Source: Thermoanaerobaculia bacterium
GTDB lineage: Bacteria; Acidobacteriota; Thermoanaerobaculia; Multivoradales; J023
Length of the DNA: 64,000 nucleotides
Direction: 5' to 3'
NCBI GenBank assembly: GCA_030431255.1
Contig: JAUIJL010000030.1
Coordinates: forward strand, 23,572-87,571
Part shown: positions 22,370 through 32,020 of the stretch, in pieces
Numbering within the stretch: the first letter of the stretch is position 1
How the letters are laid out: the number at the start of each line of letters is the position of its first letter
Notes under the pieces: generated by a model
The model's input: the letters and a program-made list of their open reading frames with translations, nothing else
The model's database searches: none
What the model was told of the DNA's origin: nothing
Program-made: the position numbers and the translations under genes

Positions 22370-23284
22370 ATGGACACACAGCAGGCCCCAGCCCTCCCCG
22401 CTTCGGTTCCCGGCGTCTTCGACGTGGAAGTCTACGGCCCCGAGGGGTCCCAGGCTCCCCAAGTGCTTTTCGAGGTCCCCCACGGGGCGACGGCCGCGGA
22501 GCATTACGAAACCTTGCGCGAACGGCTGAGGAGCGACTTACCCGACGGTCTGGATGGGTTCTTCTACATCAATACCGACATCGGGGCTCCGGAAGTGGCC
22601 GTGGCCACGGCCAATCGTTTGGCGGAGGCCGGGATCCGATCGGTGGTGCTCAGATGTTTGGTGCCGAGAACCTTCATCGATTGCAACCGCTCCCTCGACC
22701 ACCCCGGTGCCGGCGCGGTGACTCCGGGTTTGCCCGCCTACATCGATGACGATGACGATCGTCAGCTGCTGTTGGATCTCCACCATCGCTATACCGCCGC
22801 CGCCAACGCCGCCTACGAAGTGGTTTGCCCGCAAGCGGCGAGCTATGCCGTCAACTTCCACACCTTTGCTCCCCGTTCCATCGCTTTGACCAAGATTGAG
22901 CGATCGATCGTCAAAGATCTGCGAGCCGCCTACCAACCCGGCGTGATCAATACCTGGCCGATGCGGCCCGAGGTGGACCTCATCACCCGCGCGGCGGACG
23001 ACGAGATGATGGCCCCTGAGCACCTACGGGACGACCTCCGGCAGCGATTGGAAGAAGCGGGCTTCGAGGTCAAAGAGAATCACACCTATCGGTTGTTCCA
23101 CGCCACCATGGGCTATTGGCACAGCAAACGTTGGCCGAACAAATGTCTCTGTGTGGAAGTCCGTCGCGACTTATTGGCCAAGGAATTCCTGCCGTTTGAG
23201 CCCATGGCTATCTGTCCGGAGAAAGCAGGCGCTATTGCCGGTCCCCTGGCGGAAACGCTTCGCCAAAGCCTCCAAGGGTCTTGA
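22370..23284 (+). CDS. N-formylglutamate amidohydrolase-like protein
   Basis: EVPHG, TDIG, RTFIDCNR, FHTF and CVEVRRDL resemble the FGase (Zn-exopeptidase fold) family. Confidence 0.6.
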   Translation: MDTQQAPALPASVPGVFDVEVYGPEGSQAPQVLFEVPHGATAAEHYETLRERLRSDLPDGLDGFFYINTDIGAPEVAVATANRLAEAGIRSVVLRCLVPRTFIDCNRSLDHPGAGAVTPGLPAYIDDDDDRQLLLDLHHRYTAAANAAYEVVCPQAASYAVNFHTFAPRSIALTKIERSIVKDLRAAYQPGVINTWPMRPEVDLITRAADDEMMAPEHLRDDLRQRLEEAGFEVKENHTYRLFHATMGYWHSKRWPNKCLCVEVRRDLLAKEFLPFEPMAICPEKAGAIAGPLAETLRQSLQGS

Positions 23285-23375
23285 GCAATTCGCCCTAGCT
23301 CAGTATCTGGCATAATCTCTCCCGTTACAGATTCACTTCCGGCCGCTCCGGAAGCCGTCTCGACAGGAGATTTCT

Positions 23376-25553
23376 ATGTTTCGGATTGCACGTGTCGGCC
23401 TCGTCTCACTGCTTTCGATTGGGGTCACAGTCTGGCCCTGCCTCGGTCAAGAGGCCTCCGAGGACCGCTCCCAGCACGCCCACGGCGAGCACGGCCATCA
23501 AGGGCACGGCCATCAAGAGCACGGTCACCAAGGGCACGGCCACGACCAAGAGCCGACCATGCCGAGGCCGTCGGTGGAAGGGCAAGAGCTCGCGCGGCTC
23601 AAAAAAGAGATCCCTCCCCCCTCCGAGCAGAACCTGAATTTTGAAGACGGCCCGAACGCCGCACCTTGGATCCTCGGGGGCCGGGGTTACAGCCTAGAGC
23701 TCGACACCGAGGTGGCCCAGTCGGGACAACGCTCCTTGCGGATCCGCTACGAGGAAGCCGGCCGTTTCGCCGTCGCCACCCTTCCCTTCGACGCCAAATC
23801 CGCCCTCGGCAAGCGCCTGCGCTTAACGGGCTATCTCAAGACCGAGGACGTCGCCCAGGGTCACGCCGGATTGTGGATGCGTGTCGACCAAGGCAGTCGA
23901 ATGGTGGCGTTCGACAACATGGACCGTCGCGGGGTCAGCGGTACCAGCCCCTGGACCCGATACACCGTGGAGCTGGACGTCCCCGATGGTGCGACCCGAA
24001 TTTTCTACGGCGCGCTGCTCACTGGAATCGGCACCGTGTGGGTCGACAACTTGGCCATTGCATCCGAAACGGTGCCGCCGGTGAAATCCGTGGAGGTGAG
24101 CGGCAAGGTGATGGGATCCGACGGCCAGAGCCTCGGCGGCATCCACCTGGCCCTCTCTCCGACGCACCCCTCGGGCCGACACATTGCTTCGCCATCCCGA
24201 GCCGAGTCTTTTTGGTCCACCACCGACGACAGCGGCAGCTTTATTTTTGATCAGGTGCCCGAGGGCCGCTATCAGCTGACCGCTACCAGCCCGGACGGCT
24301 ACGCAATTCTCGAAGACGTCGAGGTGAAGGAAGGTGCTCCGCTTGCGATCCCAAAGCTCGCTAGCGACAGCGTCGACCTGTCCGGTCGGCTTGTGGATTC
24401 CGACGGACAGCCCGTGGCCGGAATGGCCCTTGAGGTCTCAGTCGGCACGGACGCCGGTGTTCACGTCTTTGCCGCGCTCACGGATAAAGACGGGCAATAC
24501 CGAGCCCAGGTGCCCAGTCACGATTGGGCACACGCTCGATGGGAGGAGCCTTCCAGTATGGCCATTGGGCGAGCTCCGAGCTCAGCGGACGGCTCGAGCT
24601 CGAAGATGTCCTTGCAGGCGATCCGCAAGGGCATGCCCATGCGTGGCACGATCGCCGACTTCACCGCGGGATCCCTGGTGCTCGCAAGCACCAACCCCAA
24701 TCAACCCATCGGCGATCTGGAAGACGTGGTCGAGATCGTCGGTGACGCCCGAGTGGTGGCCCTCGGCGAGTCGTCCCCCGGAACCCACGAGCTTTTCGAG
24801 CTCAAACACCGTCTGGTGCATCTGCTCGTGGGAGAGCTGCAATTCACGGCTCTGGCGTTGCCCCTGGGCGCTGAGCTGGGCGGCAAGATCCAGGATTATG
24901 TGCAGGAAGGCACCGGTGAGACGCGAGAGGTGCTCGCATCGAGCCCGTGGTGGTGGCAGAGCCGGGAGGCGGTCGAATTCCTCGAAAGCCTGCGGGAGCT
25001 GAGCAGACCGGAACGCCCACTGCGGATCATCGGCTACAGCCCGGAGAAGCCGCCCGCGGAACAAGCCGCCGTCCTGCTTCGGGAGCTGGAAGCCTCGCCC
25101 CAAAGCAAGCTGGTCATTTGGGCCGACAATCGGTCGACGGCCCGGACTCCGATCTGGACGGAATCGATCGGCGCGCAGCTCGCCGAGAAGCTCGGGGACC
25201 AATATCTCGCCATGGGCGGGTTCTTCAGCCAAGGAGCATTTCTTGCCGAAACCCGGCCGGCGGGCTCCGCGGACACCTCGAAGCCCCCGGAGCGCGTTTG
25301 GCTGGTTCCTCCGGACAAAGAATTCTTGGACTACCTATTCGGCCAGATGGGCGGAAAGCTGGGTATCCACGACCTGCGCAACTTCGAGCCCGACGGGGAG
25401 GTCGAGCGATGGCTGTCGGCCCCGAGACCGATCCGAGATCTCGGACCGGTTTATCAGGGAGAGAAGTCCGGAGAGACGTCGATCCGGCTGACCCGAGCCT
25501 TTGACGCCCTATTTTTCGTGGAATCGACCACCTGCCTCGAGCCGCTGGGCTGA
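23376..25553 (+). CDS. Secreted multidomain protein: His-rich tract, carbohydrate-binding-like domain, carboxypeptidase-regulatory domains, degenerate erythromycin-esterase domain
   Basis: Signal peptide; HGHQ(G/E) repeats; AGLWMRVD...FDNM; ARVVALGE..GTHE.F..K.RL and FDALFFV (Ere family). Confidence 0.75.
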   Translation: MFRIARVGLVSLLSIGVTVWPCLGQEASEDRSQHAHGEHGHQGHGHQEHGHQGHGHDQEPTMPRPSVEGQELARLKKEIPPPSEQNLNFEDGPNAAPWILGGRGYSLELDTEVAQSGQRSLRIRYEEAGRFAVATLPFDAKSALGKRLRLTGYLKTEDVAQGHAGLWMRVDQGSRMVAFDNMDRRGVSGTSPWTRYTVELDVPDGATRIFYGALLTGIGTVWVDNLAIASETVPPVKSVEVSGKVMGSDGQSLGGIHLALSPTHPSGRHIASPSRAESFWSTTDDSGSFIFDQVPEGRYQLTATSPDGYAILEDVEVKEGAPLAIPKLASDSVDLSGRLVDSDGQPVAGMALEVSVGTDAGVHVFAALTDKDGQYRAQVPSHDWAHARWEEPSSMAIGRAPSSADGSSSKMSLQAIRKGMPMRGTIADFTAGSLVLASTNPNQPIGDLEDVVEIVGDARVVALGESSPGTHELFELKHRLVHLLVGELQFTALALPLGAELGGKIQDYVQEGTGETREVLASSPWWWQSREAVEFLESLRELSRPERPLRIIGYSPEKPPAEQAAVLLRELEASPQSKLVIWADNRSTARTPIWTESIGAQLAEKLGDQYLAMGGFFSQGAFLAETRPAGSADTSKPPERVWLVPPDKEFLDYLFGQMGGKLGIHDLRNFEPDGEVERWLSAPRPIRDLGPVYQGEKSGETSIRLTRAFDALFFVESTTCLEPLG
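23490..23549 (+). repeat. Four 15-bp tandem repeats encoding HGHQG/HGHQE
   Basis: cacggccatcaaggg cacggccatcaagag cacggtcaccaaggg cacggccacgaccaa. Confidence 0.85.
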
Positions 25554-25563
25554 AGGACCGGAA

Positions 25564-25606
25564 AGGCCGACTGATCGGGCGGGGATTCCGCCCGACCCGT
25601 CGGCCT
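25564..25606. terminator. Long hairpin between convergent genes
   Basis: AGGCCGAC..TCGGGCGG-GGATT-CCGCCCGA..GTCGGCCT. Confidence 0.5.
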
Positions 25607-25629
25607 CGTGGCAGCTCAGCGTCCCCGCC

Positions 25630-26478
25630 CTACATCCCCGGAGCTTGCTCGGCGTCGGCATCTAGGGCAGGAGCCGCCTTGCTCGCCACGCCCGCGCTCA
25701 CCGCACCGTCGTCGGCGTCATGTTGGTAGGTGGGAGAGCCGGGGCCCGGGCACAGCTGGTCGTAGAGGAAGACATGCTCTGCGAAGAACTTGAATTTGCG
25801 CCGATCCCCTTTGTATTGATTCAGAAGCTCCGGGCAATCCGCATAGAGCTCGGGAAATAGGTCTTTCCGGTAATGCCGCTGGGTGACCCGAATCGGCTCC
25901 TGGCCGTCTTTCACCACTAGGAATGCGTAGGGCATATCACCGAAGAGTCCCCAGCCGTCGAGCTTCGAAATGCCTTCCTTCGAGCTGGGCAGATAGTAGA
26001 CCTGAAACCGGCTGTCGAAACCGGGGTTGATCAGCTGACGCAAGGCCACCCGCTCGGATCTGGGATGGCGCACCGCGTGGAATTCAAGCTCGTCCACCTC
26101 ATAGATGCGTTCGAAGTCCGTTTTCCAGATCTCTTCCAGAGTGTCCGTGGACTCGGCCACCATGATCGTCCGCCAGAGATCGTTGATCGGCATCACCACC
26201 CGTTCAATCTCCTCCGCCCGAAGCTTCAGCTTCCTACCGTCGAAGGTTTTGAAGGTCAGCTTGGTCATGCTGCCGTATTTTGAGCTGGACCGGGAGATCG
26301 CCCCCCAATGCTCCTGCCCGTCGCGGGTGACCAGCAAGAGCTCCACACCTTTGGGTTTGTCCACAGAAGCGAGAAAACCCACTTTGGGTCGCTCAGCGGC
26401 CGCGGGCATGGCGGCCGCCGCTAGAAGGCTGAAAAGAATCAGAAGGGCTGCAAGCTTATGATTGATGCGTTTCCACAT
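25630..26478 (-). CDS. Hypothetical secreted protein
   Basis: 282-aa ORF, GAGGAG ribosome-binding site, signal peptide ending 'MPAAA'; no family recognised. Confidence 0.7.
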   Translation of the reverse strand: MWKRINHKLAALLILFSLLAAAAMPAAAERPKVGFLASVDKPKGVELLLVTRDGQEHWGAISRSSSKYGSMTKLTFKTFDGRKLKLRAEEIERVVMPINDLWRTIMVAESTDTLEEIWKTDFERIYEVDELEFHAVRHPRSERVALRQLINPGFDSRFQVYYLPSSKEGISKLDGWGLFGDMPYAFLVVKDGQEPIRVTQRHYRKDLFPELYADCPELLNQYKGDRRKFKFFAEHVFLYDQLCPGPGSPTYQHDADDGAVSAGVASKAAPALDADAEQAPGM

Positions 26479-26537
26479 GGTGCTCTCCTCAATTTGAACG
26501 GTCTACGCGGGATCGTCCGCGCCACGGCCAACCTAGT

Positions 26538-26553
26538 AGCAACCCACATGCCA
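26538..26553 (-). promoter_or_regulatory. Sigma54 (-24/-12) promoter
   Basis: The minus strand reads TGGCATGTGGGTTGCT, matching the TGGCA(C/T)G-N4-TTGC(A/T) spacing, about 60 bp upstream of the ATG at 26478. Confidence 0.7.
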
Positions 26554-26740
26554 TGTCAGGCAATCCTCCCGCTTTTCCCTCAAATTCCCGAAATGGCGTA
26601 CTAAGAAGCGGGATCACGCGAGAATTACAACCACAAATCGAGTGACTCCCCTGACACTTTCGACGAAAACGTGTCATCTCTAGTGGACACCTGCCAGGAT
26701 TTGAACACCCTCGTCAGATCTCGACTATGATCGGAGTCCG

Positions 26741-27805
26741 ATGACGACCGAAACATCCACGCTTTCCGGCGCTAAGCCGCGGGTGACGGTGATCATGCCC
26801 GTGCGCAACGAAGCGGGCTTCATTGAGCTGAGCCTCGGCTCTGTGCTCGCGCAGTCCTATGGGCTGGACGCCATGGAGATCCTGATCGTCGACGGCATGT
26901 CGGACGACGACACCCGGCAGCGCATCGCCGACATCCAAGGCCGGGTGCCCGAGGCGGATATCCGCATTCTGGACAATCCTGGCCGAACCGCTCCCTATGC
27001 CCTCAACATCGGGATCCGCGAAGCCGGCGGAGACGTCGTCGTGCGAGTCGACGGTCATTGTGAGATCGGCCCGCACTACGTCGCTCACGCGGTAGAGCAT
27101 TTGAAACACGGGGCAGATGGTGTCGGTGGCCCCTTGGAGACCGTCGGTGAAGGCGCCACGGCGAGGGCTATTGCCGCGGCCATGAGCAGCCGTTTCGGGG
27201 TCGGCGGTGTCGCTTTTCGAACCACCGAAGCCGCCGGCGGCATGGCGCCACCCCTGGATCTGGAAGCGGTGCGCGAGGTGGATACGGTGGCGTTTCCGGC
27301 CTACACCCGGGCGGTGATGGACCGGGGCGGCCCGTACAACGAGGAATTCGTTCGCAATCAAGACGACGAATACAACTATCGCCTGAGGAAGGCCGGGGCC
27401 AGACTGGTGTTGGCCATGGACATGCCGGCCCGTTATTTCAGTCGCGCTTCTTTTCGCAAGCTGTGGCGCCAATACTTCCAATACGGCTATTGGAAGGTCA
27501 GGGTGTTGCAAGAGCACCCCCGACAAATGAGCGTCCGCCAATTCGTGCCGCCGCTTTTCGTGCTGGCGCTGCTCATCTCGGTGATCGTCGGTGTGTGGGC
27601 AGGCCCACCCTGGGCGTGGACGTCGGGGCTCGTGGCCGGCAGCTATGTGATCGCTAACCTGCTCGCGACCCTTGCCGTCGGGGCGTCCATGGACGAGCCA
27701 GAGCTCGCGGTGGTGTGGCGCCTACCCCTCTGCTTTGCGCTCCTGCATTTGGGCTACGGCAGCGGCTTCTTGGTGGGCCTCATCCGATTCGTCCATCGCT
27801 GGTAG
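26741..27805 (+). CDS. Glycosyltransferase family 2 (ExoA-like)
   Basis: VIMPVRNE, VDGMSDD, VRVDGH, RNQDDEYNYRL and RQYFQYGYWK, plus C-terminal TM helices. Confidence 0.88.
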   Translation: MTTETSTLSGAKPRVTVIMPVRNEAGFIELSLGSVLAQSYGLDAMEILIVDGMSDDDTRQRIADIQGRVPEADIRILDNPGRTAPYALNIGIREAGGDVVVRVDGHCEIGPHYVAHAVEHLKHGADGVGGPLETVGEGATARAIAAAMSSRFGVGGVAFRTTEAAGGMAPPLDLEAVREVDTVAFPAYTRAVMDRGGPYNEEFVRNQDDEYNYRLRKAGARLVLAMDMPARYFSRASFRKLWRQYFQYGYWKVRVLQEHPRQMSVRQFVPPLFVLALLISVIVGVWAGPPWAWTSGLVAGSYVIANLLATLAVGASMDEPELAVVWRLPLCFALLHLGYGSGFLVGLIRFVHRW

Positions 27806-27815
27806 GCAGTCGGGA

Positions 27816-28469
27816 TCAGCCCGCTCGAAACGTGCCCGGCTCGTCCAGCAGCGCCTGGAAGTGCTCGAAGAAGCGGCCGACGTGCAGACCGTCCATCAAG
27901 GCGTGGTGGACCTCCACCGAGACCGGGAGGCACCAACGGCCGTCTCGCTCGAAGTATTTGCCGAAGACCAGCTTCGGAATCGCCTCGTCGGAATTCCACC
28001 GTCGGGCGTGGGAAAAACTGGTGAATTGAACCCACGGAATCACGGAATAGTGGATCAGATCGTCGTCACCGGCATGGGGCTCCAATTCCGTGGTGTCTTT
28101 GACCCGGTCGAGCTCTTGCCGACCTCGAGCGCTGAACTCGCCGAAATCCTCCAAAAAAGGAAAGTAGCCGAAGCCGAAGCCGAAGCTTTCATCCCGTCGC
28201 ATGACGGTGGAGCCGGCATGGATGACGTCGTGGACCCACACCCGCTGATCGCGGATCCGATAGCGAAACGGCTCCACAGCGTTCGCCGCCTTCAATGAAG
28301 CGTAGAACAGAGCCATCGAGATCGAAGGCCCCGTGGCCTCGCGGCTCAGTCTCTTCAGGGCCGTGATGTCCACATCGGCACACAAATTGAAATAGGGGTT
28401 GTCGTAACCGCGGAAGAAATAGAAGTGGCGGCTACGATTCCACGACTCGAAATCTAGGAATCCACTCAT
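27816..28469 (-). CDS. cat: Type A chloramphenicol O-acetyltransferase family protein
   Basis: W.R..HF.FF, SVIPWVQFTSFSH, IPKLVFGKY and the catalytic VHHALMDGLH. Confidence 0.85.
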   Translation of the reverse strand: MSGFLDFESWNRSRHFYFFRGYDNPYFNLCADVDITALKRLSREATGPSISMALFYASLKAANAVEPFRYRIRDQRVWVHDVIHAGSTVMRRDESFGFGFGYFPFLEDFGEFSARGRQELDRVKDTTELEPHAGDDDLIHYSVIPWVQFTSFSHARRWNSDEAIPKLVFGKYFERDGRWCLPVSVEVHHALMDGLHVGRFFEHFQALLDEPGTFRAG

Positions 28470-28675
28470 ACCCAAACCCTAACCCATCTCGATCCGTCAG
28501 AACATGCCGCTTGCACATCGAATTCGGCAACCATCGCTCTGCACGGAAGCCCGGTGAATCGTGCATGCGCTAAACTACGCTTTTCCATCCAATCCGGGCC
28601 TGTCGTCGTATGTCACCTTAGGGTGTTTCTTTCCATGGATCTCGACCGCACGTGAGCTGAATCTTGTCCGAGCCC

Positions 28676-29644
28676 ATGAAAAAACTGAGCCTGCTGCTGA
28701 CCAGCATGGCCATCGCCGCCCTCCTATTCATCGGCGGCTACGAAGCGATCGAAAACGTGCGCTACTACCGGTGGCACGCGGACTTCGGTGGCACCGCTTG
28801 GCTCGGCACGGTGACCGTGCCCTCGGACAATCCCGCCTTGATGTGGGAATACAGACCCCACGCGCGACACAAACGCATTCGGACCAACAACTTCGGCTTC
28901 CGGGGTGACGATGTCGAGGTGGCCAAATCCCCGAATACCGTTCGGATCGCCTTTATCGGCGACTCCGTCACCCTCGGCTATGGTGTGGAAGAAGAGCTCA
29001 TCTTCGTCAGCGTCTTTCACGACGAGCTGCAAAAGAAATTGCCGCAAACCGTGGAGGCGTTGAATTTCGGTGTCGACGGTTACAGCACGCCGCAAATTGC
29101 GGAGCTGATGCGAGCCAAAGTCGCCGATTTTCGACCGGATCACACGGTCTATACCATCTGCCTCAACGACTTCGACTTCACCACCAGCGCCGGCGAAAAA
29201 GTTCGATACTTCCGCAAACCCACGAGCTTCTTCCTGGTGAAGCTGGAGCACCTCTACCGGAAGATGCGGGGTTTGGACTTCCACACCTATAAATTCCGCA
29301 AGAATCGCGACCAAGTCTACCGAGAGATTCTCGACATGAAGGCCGTCGCGGAGCAGAGCGGAGGCTCTTTCGAAACCGCTTTGCTGCCTATCTTTCCGCA
29401 GCAGGTCAACAGCTTTGCCTACTATCCCCACGACGAGATTCACCAAGATGTCGAGGCTTTCGCCAAGAGCCGGAATATTCCTTTTACCGACATCCTGAAG
29501 GTATTCCGTTCCAGCGGTGGCCCACCGAGGGCCTACAGCAATGACGTTTGGCATCCCAATGCCGATGGCCATCGGGTGATCGGTGAGCGCTTCGCTCAGA
29601 GCTTCCTCCGCAATCACCCGGACTTGGAACGGCCCCAGCCCTAG
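28676..29644 (+). CDS. SGNH/GDSL hydrolase with N-terminal membrane anchor
   Basis: TNNFGFR, IGDSVTLGYG, NFGVDGYS, CLND and DVWHPN. Confidence 0.85.
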   Translation: MKKLSLLLTSMAIAALLFIGGYEAIENVRYYRWHADFGGTAWLGTVTVPSDNPALMWEYRPHARHKRIRTNNFGFRGDDVEVAKSPNTVRIAFIGDSVTLGYGVEEELIFVSVFHDELQKKLPQTVEALNFGVDGYSTPQIAELMRAKVADFRPDHTVYTICLNDFDFTTSAGEKVRYFRKPTSFFLVKLEHLYRKMRGLDFHTYKFRKNRDQVYREILDMKAVAEQSGGSFETALLPIFPQQVNSFAYYPHDEIHQDVEAFAKSRNIPFTDILKVFRSSGGPPRAYSNDVWHPNADGHRVIGERFAQSFLRNHPDLERPQP

Positions 29645-29834
29645 TCACCGACTCCGTCGCGAGACGCCGGAGACGCCTGCAATGTGGCGTCTGCAATGTG
29701 GCCCTCGACGCCACTGTCCGGCATACTAGGGGCCTCTTCCCCCGTGGAAGCTTTTGCTTTCGATGTGCTTCGCCCGCGGCACCAGCCGGAGAAGCTCAGG
29801 TTTGCTGAGTCGAAATCCAGCCTAGAGAGGAAAT

Positions 29835-30959
29835 ATGTTTGATCCCCGATACGACCGCTTGGCCGATCTTTTGATCGGATATTCCTGTGATCTTCAATTC
29901 GGTGAGAAGGTCCTCATCGAGGCCTTCGACACCCCCATTCCATTTGTCCGCAGCCTGATCCGACGGGTCGCCAAATCCGGGGGCGAGCCCCTGGTGAGCC
30001 TCAAGTCCAATGTCGTCATGCGGGATCTGATGATGGTCGGAACCGAAGAGCAGATGCGCGCCATCGGCGAGGTGGAATCCAACCGGATGTCCAAAGTCGC
30101 CGCCTATGTGGGAATCCGCGGCAACCCCAACGTGTCGGAATGGTCCGACATCCCAGCCGCCAAGATAGACCTCTACCAACGGCTCTGGTGGGTGCCGACC
30201 CACCGTGATCTGCGGGTCAACAAGACCAAATGGGTGGTGCTTCGGTGGCCGGATCCGTCCATGGCCCAGCTGGCCCACCAATCCACGGAGGCCTTCGAGG
30301 ATTTCTACTTCAAGGTGTGCACCCTGGACTACGCCCGCATGGCCGACGCCATGAAACCCTTAGAGAAGCTGATGGACTCCACCGATCGCGTGCATCTGCT
30401 GGCCCCGGGCACGGATCTCCGTTTCAGCATCAGAGATATCCCGGCGGTCGGTTGCGCGGGGGCGAACAACATTCCAGACGGAGAGGTGTTCACGGCACCG
30501 GTGCGCGACAGCGTCGAGGGCACGATTCAATTCAATACCGTATCGGTCTACCACGGCGTCACCCACGAAAACGTGCGCTTCACGTTCGAGAAAGGACGGA
30601 TCGTCGACGCCCGGAGCTCGAACCAAAAAGCCCTTGATCAAGTGCTCGACACCGATGAGGGTGCCCGGTACATCGGAGAGTTCGCCATCGGCTTCAACCC
30701 CTACATCACCGAACCGATGAAAGACATTCTCTTCGACGAAAAGATCGCCGGCAGCCTGCACTTCACGCCGGGCTCCTGCTACGAGGACGCCGACAACGGC
30801 AATAAGAGCAAAATCCATTGGGATCTCGTTCTGCGCCAAAACGAAGATGTCGGCGGCGGGGAGATCTGGTTCGACGATCGTTTGATCCGAAAAGACGGCC
30901 GCTTCGTGCTGCCGGAGCTCGAGCCCCTCAATCCGGAGCATCTGGCGACCGAGGGCTGA
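29835..30959 (+). CDS. Aminopeptidase, peptidase M29 (AmpS/PepS-like)
   Basis: NIPDGEVFTAP, GARYIGEFAIG, ILFDEKIAGSLHFTPG and SKIHWD. Confidence 0.92.
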   Translation: MFDPRYDRLADLLIGYSCDLQFGEKVLIEAFDTPIPFVRSLIRRVAKSGGEPLVSLKSNVVMRDLMMVGTEEQMRAIGEVESNRMSKVAAYVGIRGNPNVSEWSDIPAAKIDLYQRLWWVPTHRDLRVNKTKWVVLRWPDPSMAQLAHQSTEAFEDFYFKVCTLDYARMADAMKPLEKLMDSTDRVHLLAPGTDLRFSIRDIPAVGCAGANNIPDGEVFTAPVRDSVEGTIQFNTVSVYHGVTHENVRFTFEKGRIVDARSSNQKALDQVLDTDEGARYIGEFAIGFNPYITEPMKDILFDEKIAGSLHFTPGSCYEDADNGNKSKIHWDLVLRQNEDVGGGEIWFDDRLIRKDGRFVLPELEPLNPEHLATEG

Positions 30960-31011
30960 GCTGCAACCCACCGGAGCAAGCCAAATACAACCTCAGCTTA
31001 GGGAGCAATGC

Positions 31012-31845
31012 ATGGGCGCCGAAGACCAGACATTCTTGGTAACCGGTGCGGCCTCGGGCATCGGCCGCTGCCTGGTGGGAGCGCTGCTCGCCCGCGGCCA
31101 CCGGGTCATGGCCGCCGACCTGAGATCCGAAACCCTGAGCAGCACCGCCGCGGCGGACGGCTGGCCGCAGGATCAAACCTTGCTCCAGGCCTTCGATATC
31201 CGCGACCCCGAGGGCTGGCAACAAGCGACGGACGCGCTCATCGAGGCCTGGGGCCGACTCCACGTCGTGATGAACGTGGCGGGATTCCTACGACCGTCGT
31301 GGATCCACGAATGCACCGATGACGACGTGCACACCCACTTCGACGTCAACGTGAAGGGTCTGATTTTCGGAACCCGCGCGGCGGCTCGGGTGATGATCCC
31401 CCAAGGATTCGGCCACATCGTCAATATCGCGTCCCTCGCGTCCATGGCTCCCGTGACCGGTCTCGGGCTTTATGTCGGCTCCAAATACGCGGTCCGTGGA
31501 TTCTCCATGGCCGCCGCCCAGGAGCTCGCCCCCAAAGGCATCTCGGTCACCACCGTCTGTCCCGACGCCGTGCAGACCCCCATGCTCGACCTCCAGCTCG
31601 ACTACCCGGAGGCGGCCATTACCTTCACCGCCCCGCGTTTCTTGACCGCCGAGGACGTCACCCGCCTGATCCTCGACAAGGTGCTCCGAAAACGGCCGAT
31701 CCTCGTATCCATACCCCGGAGCCGCGCTCTGCTCGCCAGGTTGGCGGATCTTTTCCCTTCGGTCGCCGGGTTGTTGACCCGCCGCCTGCAAGGGCAAGGG
31801 GATCAAATCCGTCGGCGGATGAAGCCCGGTCCCTCGGCGTCTTAA
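31012..31845 (+). CDS. Short-chain dehydrogenase/reductase
   Basis: TGAASGIG, NVAG, NIAS and YVGSK (YxxxK). Confidence 0.92.
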   Translation: MGAEDQTFLVTGAASGIGRCLVGALLARGHRVMAADLRSETLSSTAAADGWPQDQTLLQAFDIRDPEGWQQATDALIEAWGRLHVVMNVAGFLRPSWIHECTDDDVHTHFDVNVKGLIFGTRAAARVMIPQGFGHIVNIASLASMAPVTGLGLYVGSKYAVRGFSMAAAQELAPKGISVTTVCPDAVQTPMLDLQLDYPEAAITFTAPRFLTAEDVTRLILDKVLRKRPILVSIPRSRALLARLADLFPSVAGLLTRRLQGQGDQIRRRMKPGPSAS

Positions 31846-32020
31846 TACGCCTAGCCATCTTCGTGGTGCACACTCGTATCTCCCTCGGGCTGGGCTTAGA
31901 GACCTGAGCCGGGCTCGCGCTGGCCATTTTCGCGTTCGGACGGTATATTTCCTGGCATAAATGCTCTTGTAGCATTTCGCTATCCAACGCTTTCAGCCAT
32001 CTCTTCTCATCGGAGGCTTC

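Noticed and set aside
23475-23549. Short regular repeats (also 4947-5006 and 42879-42920) as a possible CRISPR array
   Set aside because: Units are 10-15 bp, contiguous or nearly so, with no unique 25-45-bp spacers, and no cas genes are present.
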